Origin: Alphaproteobacteria bacterium
Lineage (GTDB): Bacteria > Pseudomonadota > Alphaproteobacteria > Rs-D84
Length of the DNA stretch: 46,741 bases
Direction of reading: 5' to 3'
NCBI GenBank assembly: GCA_050943575.1
Contig: JBMNPL010000004.1
Location: 1 to 46,741, forward strand
Every line of letters starts with the position of its first letter. Within the stretch, counting starts at the first letter, position 1. The notes beneath the pieces were generated by a model. The model saw only the letters and a list, made by a program, of their open reading frames with translations. It was not told where the DNA came from and made no database searches. Positions 40,888 through 46,741 of the stretch are shown in pieces. The translations under genes and the position numbers were made by a program.

Positions 40888-43005
40888 ATGAGAAAAGTTT
40901 TCGCAATCGCGTTTGCTGTTATTTTTGCTTTGCCTGCATTTGCCGCAGAAAAGCCCGCGTCAACCACACGTGTTGGTGCAATCAGATCAACCGCTTCACG
41001 TGCCCCAGCCACAGTGGCTGCTGTTAAAAAACTACAGGCATCAGATATAAATCCATCATCACCAGCAGTAAAATCATCCACATCTGTTAAAACAGAAAAT
41101 ACAAAAACCCAAGAAGAAACAGATTGCAGAACTGAATATCGTAAATGTATGGATGATTTTTGTTTACTAGATGAACCCGAAGGGTTGCGTTGCGCTTGTT
41201 CTGATAACATTGATGCGTCCAAATCAATAATTAAAGAAATTCAAAAAATTCAAAAAGATGCTGAAAAACTATTTAGCGAGGGTGTAGAACGTGAAAAACT
41301 TGGCGCTCGTGCAGAATTGGCTTTTGCGGAAAATAAAAATAATAAAGCGAAAAGCAATCGTTTTGCGGCTTGGTTGGAATCAGGAAGTCTCATCGGTGAA
41401 GAACAAGAACTTGATGAAGATTTGGAAATAGGTGCTGATTTATTTAATATGGCGTCCGAGCATTGCGCAAGTAAACTAGATGCTTGTCCTGATACTGCTG
41501 AAATGGAAAAACTATTATATTCACGTATGATTACAGCAGATTGTAAATCTTTCAGTCAATATCTTGATACGCAAAAAATCGCCGCAGAACAAAATAAAGC
41601 CGCCGCTGAAAAAGCAGTTCGTACCGCACGAGTAGAAATGTTAGATACGACAAATAAATATAATCGTGGCGAATGTTTATTGGCTTACAAGGCTTGTATC
41701 TCGGACAAGGGCGGTTGCGGGGTTAATTTTGAAAATTGTATGGATGAATCTTTATTACAACGTCGCGCCAATGCATGCTCGGATGTTTTGGATCAATGTA
41801 TGGCGGTTAAACAAGATGTATTAAAAGATTGGGCAGAAGAAACCAAAGTTGTATTAGCACAGGCTGCCGAATACGAGCGCACAAATAAACCATTAATGTG
41901 TCGTTCAAAAATTCGTGCTTGTTTGGAAGAAGGGTGCAACACATCAACAAATGTTATGTGTTTAACAGATATTAATGTTGCGGCGGGAATATGCCCAATA
42001 ATTGATGATTGTGATGCATTAGTGCCAGGATTAAAAGAGGCGTATAAAGACGAATTAGCAGCATTACGTGTGAATTTTTGTCAGAATGATGTAACAAAAT
42101 GTATGCAAGACAAATGCGGTTCTAATTTTACAGCACCAGAATGTGTGGGACAAAAGATAAGCGATTTACAACACATGTGTCCACAATCAATGTTTCCATC
42201 TTGTAAAGATATTCAAAATTATGATGCGATTAAAGCTGCGGTTGCATTACGCGTAGATTATAATTTATTAAATGGGTGTGTAAATTTTGCAGAAGAATTT
42301 TTGGGTAAATCAGGTTGTGGTACAGAAATGAATTGTATCCCAGAAGATCCACGTATTACATCTCTGACTGAAATTCCATCTAACGAAGGGGAGTTCAAGG
42401 CAGAATTAATCGCCGCAGCCGAAGCCGCATCAGATAAATTTTTTGATGATATGGAAAAAGAATCTCTAATTGCTTCAAGGTGCGTAGAATCTGCTCAACC
42501 AGCAGGTAAAAAATCATTCAAAGGAACAATGTTCGGAGAATTAAGACTAAAAGGTCGCATTGCAGCGGTTAAAAGAATGGAAAGATTATATAATAAAAAA
42601 GTTGATGAAATTTCTCGTTCTAAATCCTTGGAAGAAGCACGTGCCAGATGTGATGAAATTTACGCCGAAGCAGTTGCACAAAATAGCCCTCATGATCGCA
42701 GTGAAAACAAAGAAGGTAGTTGGACGACGGCATATATCTTTGAACCAGATTTACGTAATTGTCAATTAACTCGCTGGGAAAAAGTTTGTGAAACTGGCGG
42801 TGAATCCAAAGCCTCGGGTATAACCAAGGGGGTTGCTGGTGGTGCAGCATTGGGCGCCAGTGCAGGTAGTGCTTTTGGTGGATGGGGAACTTTAATAGGC
42901 GTTGTTGTTGGTGGTGCAGGTGGTGCAATTGCAGGTGGTAAAACAGCAAACAAACAAACAATATGTCACGAAGTTGGCCCAATTTACGAAGATAGAAATA
43001 TCTGA
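40888..43005 (+). CDS. Secreted Cys-rich protein, family paralog B, with C-terminal glycine zipper
   Basis: Signal peptide MRKVF...AFA, CMDDFC core, GVAGGAALGASAGSAFGGWGTLIG. Start could also be TTG 40882. Confidence 0.88.
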   Translation: MRKVFAIAFAVIFALPAFAAEKPASTTRVGAIRSTASRAPATVAAVKKLQASDINPSSPAVKSSTSVKTENTKTQEETDCRTEYRKCMDDFCLLDEPEGLRCACSDNIDASKSIIKEIQKIQKDAEKLFSEGVEREKLGARAELAFAENKNNKAKSNRFAAWLESGSLIGEEQELDEDLEIGADLFNMASEHCASKLDACPDTAEMEKLLYSRMITADCKSFSQYLDTQKIAAEQNKAAAEKAVRTARVEMLDTTNKYNRGECLLAYKACISDKGGCGVNFENCMDESLLQRRANACSDVLDQCMAVKQDVLKDWAEETKVVLAQAAEYERTNKPLMCRSKIRACLEEGCNTSTNVMCLTDINVAAGICPIIDDCDALVPGLKEAYKDELAALRVNFCQNDVTKCMQDKCGSNFTAPECVGQKISDLQHMCPQSMFPSCKDIQNYDAIKAAVALRVDYNLLNGCVNFAEEFLGKSGCGTEMNCIPEDPRITSLTEIPSNEGEFKAELIAAAEAASDKFFDDMEKESLIASRCVESAQPAGKKSFKGTMFGELRLKGRIAAVKRMERLYNKKVDEISRSKSLEEARARCDEIYAEAVAQNSPHDRSENKEGSWTTAYIFEPDLRNCQLTRWEKVCETGGESKASGITKGVAGGAALGASAGSAFGGWGTLIGVVVGGAGGAIAGGKTANKQTICHEVGPIYEDRNI

Positions 43006-43021
43006 TTTATCGGAGAAGAGA

Positions 43022-45676
43022 ATGAGAAAAATATTTTCAATTTTAATGGTAATAATCGGTTGTTTTACAATAACAAATTTGGATGCTGCGCCTATCTCGT
43101 CCTCCAAGGCGAAAAAGGGTATTTCAGTTGTAAGCAAAGGCGGAACATCTGTTCGTGCCAGAGTTGCACCCACTGGAATTTATGATCAATCATGTTATGA
43201 AGCATATTATGGTTGTATGGATTCATTTTGTGTTGGTGATTCTGCGGTATTAAATATACCAGGTGAACCTGTAACTTTGGATGGAGGTACTTGTGCATGC
43301 AGTAATGATAATCAAGGATTCAAAGATAAAATCGCAAAAATGAATGAGCAATTAAATCAGGCAAATATTCTTAAAACCATAGAAGTTGAAAAAGTAGAAG
43401 CCGGTGCCAAAGCAGATATTATTTTCACAGGCAGCCGAGAATATGACGATTCTGGCAAGGTTGTAGGTCTGGATAAAAAAGATAAAAAAGCCGATCGTCA
43501 AAACTTATTGGCATTATGGGATGATATAGAAGACGACGAAGAAGCCGAGATAGATATTGCGGACTTATCTGGCGCGGAACTTTATTCTGCTGCTAATGAA
43601 TTATGCAAAGAGCAAATGCCAGAAAACTGCAATAAAGATATGAATTTTTTAACATCATTTTATAGTTCACAAATTAAATCTGATTGCAAAGCATTTGATA
43701 ATACAATTGCAAAAATGCAAGCAACAGTAGATGCTGAATATGCATCAGCTGAAAAAGAAGTGCGAGATGCTCGTATGGCTTCATTTGAAACTGCAAACGA
43801 ATATGATCGTGGAACTTGTATGTTGAATTTTCGTAAATGTATGACAGGCGAAGATGTTTGTGGGGCAGATTGGTCCAAGTGTGTGAATTTTATTGCCGCG
43901 GAAAATATGCAAAATAATAAAAGAACCGAAAATGTGTCTGCACAGAAAGTAGAACATATTGCAAAGTATAAAATAACAGATACTACAATGGAAATATTAG
44001 AATCCAAACGCAATATTTGTGAAAACGTTTTGGATAAATGTGTTGCTGTTCGTGATAATGTATGGGATGACTTTTTACGTGAAGTAGCACCAACTTTAAA
44101 AGTTGCTGAATTAAATGTGGAATCAAATTTGCGTCAATCTTGTTTGACTGATATTTCAAATTGTATACAGAAAGCCTGTAAAGACGATATAGAGGGCAAA
44201 GGTGTTGCAACAATGGATGCGTGTTTATCACGTCCTGATATGGCACGATCATTTTGTAAAGTTCAAATTGAAACTTGCGAGCGAATGGAACCATTAATTT
44301 GGGGATATGTTACTGATAAACTAGCATCAATGCGTGTTGATGCCTGCACAACAGAGGTTAAAAATTGCTTAACATCAGAAGATCGTTGTGGCAAAGATTA
44401 TTCAGGTTGTGTTGGGCTTGATACTGATACAATTATTAAAATGTGCCCCGAAGATAAATTAGTTGGTTGTCAAAAAAATGGTGTGTTTTCTTGGAATGAA
44501 GTTGAAAGAATCATCAGTGGAATTATGTTAAATATTGATAATAACTTGCTTGAAGTATGTCAAAATGCGGTTGATGAAGCGATGGTAAAAGTTTGTGGTG
44601 ATACTGAAAGTTGTGATAATTTGATTGTTGAAAATGGCGGATTAAGTTTAAAATATGAAGTTTGTGAATATAAAGCTGATCCAACAGATAATTCCAAAAT
44701 ACTTCCAACAGAGGTTTGTTATACTTCTTTAGAAGCGATACCCGAAGCAAGATTAAAAGATCAGACCAAAAACGGTTTAGCAGGATTTATTAAAAACACT
44801 TTATTCTGGGGTGAAATATCGTATGATTTTGAAAATAATACATTTACATCTTGGGATGAATATAAAGATTCTGTTGGGTTAGCAAGCGGATCAGAAAGCG
44901 AAAAATACGCACGTGAAGGATTTGATTTGGAAATGAAGCAATTGGGAAATTCTGTTACAAATGCGATTAAAACCATTGAATCTGATCCAGTTGTTCAATT
45001 TTGTATGACAGGTCGTGAAGTCCAAGGCATGCGCGATGACAAAGGCAGACTTAAAAAATTGGGCGGTGTTGGCAAGGATTTTGCAAGATTTCCAAATATA
45101 ACACAACAACTTCGTGGAATAATTGCAACCTCTGCATTAATTGCTGCACAAAAAAAATATTCAGAAAAATATGAAGAATTAAATATAAAAATGGCATCTG
45201 ATCAGGTTAAAGCAGCAGAAAAATTAGATGTTGCCGCAACAGGTCAAACATGTTTTGATTTAGCAAAAACTTCTACTTTACCAAAATCCAAAGCCCCAAA
45301 GAAAAGTGATGCTGGTAAATGGGTTGCTGTAGGGACTTTGATAGCGGTTGGTGTTGTAGCATCAATATTTACATTCGGAATAGGGGGAGTTACTGCTTGG
45401 GCTGGTGCTGCTGCTATAGCTGCTGGTAGTGTTGGTGTAGCGACAGTAGGTGGAGCAACCGCTGTTGCAACAACTGGAAATACCAAGGGTGAAGCCCATG
45501 TTGAAAATTGGAATTATAAAGAAAGTGTCACAACTACTTGGAATGCGGATTCTGGGGTTTGTACCAAAGTCAGAGTTTATCAAAACTGCAAAAAAGTAAA
45601 GAAAAACTATTGTAAAGAATGGGAAGAACCAAAAACCGAAACCCAAGAAATTTCATTACGAGGCGACAAGAAATAA
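43022..45676 (+). CDS. Secreted Cys-rich protein, family paralog C (884 aa), with hydrophobic Gly/Ala hairpin
   Basis: ATG 43022 with GGAG RBS 16 bp after paralog B; signal peptide MRKIF...LDA; CMDSFC core. Confidence 0.88.
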   Translation: MRKIFSILMVIIGCFTITNLDAAPISSSKAKKGISVVSKGGTSVRARVAPTGIYDQSCYEAYYGCMDSFCVGDSAVLNIPGEPVTLDGGTCACSNDNQGFKDKIAKMNEQLNQANILKTIEVEKVEAGAKADIIFTGSREYDDSGKVVGLDKKDKKADRQNLLALWDDIEDDEEAEIDIADLSGAELYSAANELCKEQMPENCNKDMNFLTSFYSSQIKSDCKAFDNTIAKMQATVDAEYASAEKEVRDARMASFETANEYDRGTCMLNFRKCMTGEDVCGADWSKCVNFIAAENMQNNKRTENVSAQKVEHIAKYKITDTTMEILESKRNICENVLDKCVAVRDNVWDDFLREVAPTLKVAELNVESNLRQSCLTDISNCIQKACKDDIEGKGVATMDACLSRPDMARSFCKVQIETCERMEPLIWGYVTDKLASMRVDACTTEVKNCLTSEDRCGKDYSGCVGLDTDTIIKMCPEDKLVGCQKNGVFSWNEVERIISGIMLNIDNNLLEVCQNAVDEAMVKVCGDTESCDNLIVENGGLSLKYEVCEYKADPTDNSKILPTEVCYTSLEAIPEARLKDQTKNGLAGFIKNTLFWGEISYDFENNTFTSWDEYKDSVGLASGSESEKYAREGFDLEMKQLGNSVTNAIKTIESDPVVQFCMTGREVQGMRDDKGRLKKLGGVGKDFARFPNITQQLRGIIATSALIAAQKKYSEKYEELNIKMASDQVKAAEKLDVAATGQTCFDLAKTSTLPKSKAPKKSDAGKWVAVGTLIAVGVVASIFTFGIGGVTAWAGAAAIAAGSVGVATVGGATAVATTGNTKGEAHVENWNYKESVTTTWNADSGVCTKVRVYQNCKKVKKNYCKEWEEPKTETQEISLRGDKK

Positions 45677-45720
45677 AAACATCATCTCCTTTGTGATAAC
45701 TCATGCGACTCTTCCCCTTA

Positions 45721-45768
45721 TGTGTCATTCCTGCGCCCTCTTTGTGTCATTCCTGCGCAGGCAGGAAT
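45721..45768. repeat. REP-like palindrome with tandem half copy
   Basis: TGTGTCATTCCTGCGC at 45721 and 45743; ATTCCTGC-GCAG-GCAGGAAT hairpin (45749-45768). Confidence 0.8.
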
Positions 45769-45809
45769 AGGGCTTGCTTTATAAATAAATAAGAGTATTT
45801 TATACTGGA

Positions 45810-45837
45810 TTTACAAAAAATCTTAAATTAATATTAT
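45810..45837 (+). promoter_or_regulatory. Probable promoter of the tRNA-Pro locus
   Basis: TTTACA, 16 bp, TATTAT, 11 nt before the first tRNA-Pro 5' end. Confidence 0.55.
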
Positions 45838-45848
45838 TGTTTAACATT

Positions 45849-45884
45849 CGGAGTGTAGCTCAGCCTGGTAGAGTGCTGCGTTCG
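45849..45884 (+). pseudogene. 5' half of tRNA-Pro (first 36 nt, ends inside the anticodon)
   Basis: 45840-45884 is identical to 46229-46273; no 3' half follows. Confidence 0.9.
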
Positions 45885-45993
45885 CCCGTCTTGTTCGCGA
45901 ATATTTCGCAATCAAGCCGAGGTTTTTACCGATGGCTATAAAAAGACGGAGCGTCTCGGCTGTTTTTTGTAACATACGGACGGGAGGAAAATA

Positions 45994-46233
45994 ATGTTTT
46001 ATGTTTACATACTTCAAAGTATAAATGAACCAGAACATTTTTATACTGGATTTACAAAAAATCTTAAGTTAAGATTTGCACAACATAATTCAGGAAAGGC
46101 ACGTCAGACAAATCGTCATAAGCCTTGGAAAATAAAATGTTATTTTGCTTTTGATAATAAAGAAAAAGCAGAAATGTTTGAAAAATATTTGAAAACTCAT
46201 GCTGGGCGTGATTTTCAAAAAAAGCATTTTTAA
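45994..46233 (+). CDS. Stand-alone GIY-YIG nuclease (Slx1/YhbQ-like)
   Basis: YVYIL.S...FYTG.T.NL..R..QHNSG...A...EKYLK; GGAGG RBS. Confidence 0.93.
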   Translation: MFYVYILQSINEPEHFYTGFTKNLKLRFAQHNSGKARQTNRHKPWKIKCYFAFDNKEKAEMFEKYLKTHAGRDFQKKHF

Positions 46234-46237
46234 CATT

Positions 46238-46314
46238 CGGAGTGTAGCTCAGCCTGGTAGAGTGCTGCGTTCGGGACGCAGAGGTCGTGGGTTCGAACCC
46301 CGCCACTCCGACCA
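46238..46314 (+). tRNA. tRNA-Pro(CGG)
   Basis: CGGAGTG/CACTCCG acceptor stem, CTGCG-TT-CGG-GA-CGCAG anticodon arm, GTTCGAA, ACCA. Confidence 0.97.
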
Positions 46315-46329
46315 AGAATTTACCCCTAT

Positions 46330-46677
46330 TTATCTATATTTTACACAATATTTTTTATATTTATTAGCCACGCAGAATTTACAACAATCAATTTCAAAAG
46401 TTTTCCAATTTTCTATCGCGCGTTCTAAAAACTCTTTATCTTTCTTTGGTAAATGATAATATTCTATTGCTTGAAAAGTTAATTTATATTTTTGTTCTTC
46501 CCAAACACAAGGCGGCAAATCGGCTTTAATATGATTTAATGTTTTATGAGCAAGAAAGATATTATCATTCAAAGAATAAATACGTGGCGGTAATAAACAT
46601 TTAGGATAATAATGTTCAATGCTGATTTTATTAGCTGGTATCTTTAATTTAGATAAAAAACAAATTATTTCTTTCAT
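46330..46677 (-). CDS. Small HNH-endonuclease-like protein
   Basis: SIEHYYPK...DNIFLAHKTLNHIK fits the H-N-N beta-beta-alpha-metal pattern; Cys cluster at the C-terminus. Confidence 0.65.
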   Translation of the reverse strand: MKEIICFLSKLKIPANKISIEHYYPKCLLPPRIYSLNDNIFLAHKTLNHIKADLPPCVWEEQKYKLTFQAIEYYHLPKKDKEFLERAIENWKTFEIDCCKFCVANKYKKYCVKYR

Positions 46678-46741
46678 TTTTATTTATTAGAATTTTTATC
46701 CATTAGTTTTTAAGTGAGTTAGTATTATATTAAAATCAATC

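Noticed and set aside
42902-43021. Upstream start of the 924-aa ORF (likewise the extended starts given for rplW, rpmC, rplN, rpsH and rplQ)
   Set aside because: Most overlap the preceding gene; downstream ATGs have an RBS or give the expected N-terminus or signal peptide.
40011-46273. CRISPR array interpretation of the short direct repeats
   Set aside because: Only two copies each, derived from tRNA or REP sequence, with no regular spacers and no cas genes.
45885-46273. Group I intron with homing endonuclease in tRNA-Pro
   Set aside because: The non-coding part is only ~100 nt with no recognisable catalytic core, the 5' exon does not end in U, and the 5' exon is duplicated, so splicing is not needed.
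45841-46456. ORFs 45841-46038 (-), 46064-46315 (-) and 46199-46456 (+)
   Set aside because: Translations of tRNA sequence and antisense of the real genes.

Overview
AT-rich bacterial chromosome segment using genetic code 11. The RpoA/L3/S12 N-termini and the operon layout (no rpsD, infA or rpmJ in the spc-alpha block) point to an alphaproteobacterium. A reduced host-associated lineage such as Rs-D84/Enterousia-like is my inference only. Layout: (1) 1-9.6 kb: tRNA-Gln followed by a genomic island. It carries a large serine recombinase missed by the ORF track, whose frame runs antisense through the tRNA. It also carries a coupled operon of GrpE-like, atypical Hsp70, AAA+ ATPase, J-like membrane protein, DUF6804-like protein and PLD-family nuclease. 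(2) 9.2-12.7 kb: variable region with a truncated APH-like kinase, GNAT, lipoprotein, Cys-rich mini-protein and DUF1015, plus a duplicated ~100-bp promoter/RBS cassette. (3) 12.9-30.9 kb: fused str-S10-spc-alpha ribosomal superoperon, lacking adk and with an orphan 2-TM gene before secY. (4) 31-46.7 kb: clpP-clpX, infA, tRNA-Arg, secG and tRNA-Pro, interleaved with four large secreted Cys-rich proteins, three of them clear paralogs. All three tRNA genes show traces of tRNA-targeting events. The best candidates for undescribed systems are the island-borne Hsp70/AAA+/J-like/PLD operon, a 389-bp GIY-YIG mini-element that duplicates the 5' half of tRNA-Pro, and the Cys-rich glycine-zipper surface protein family.
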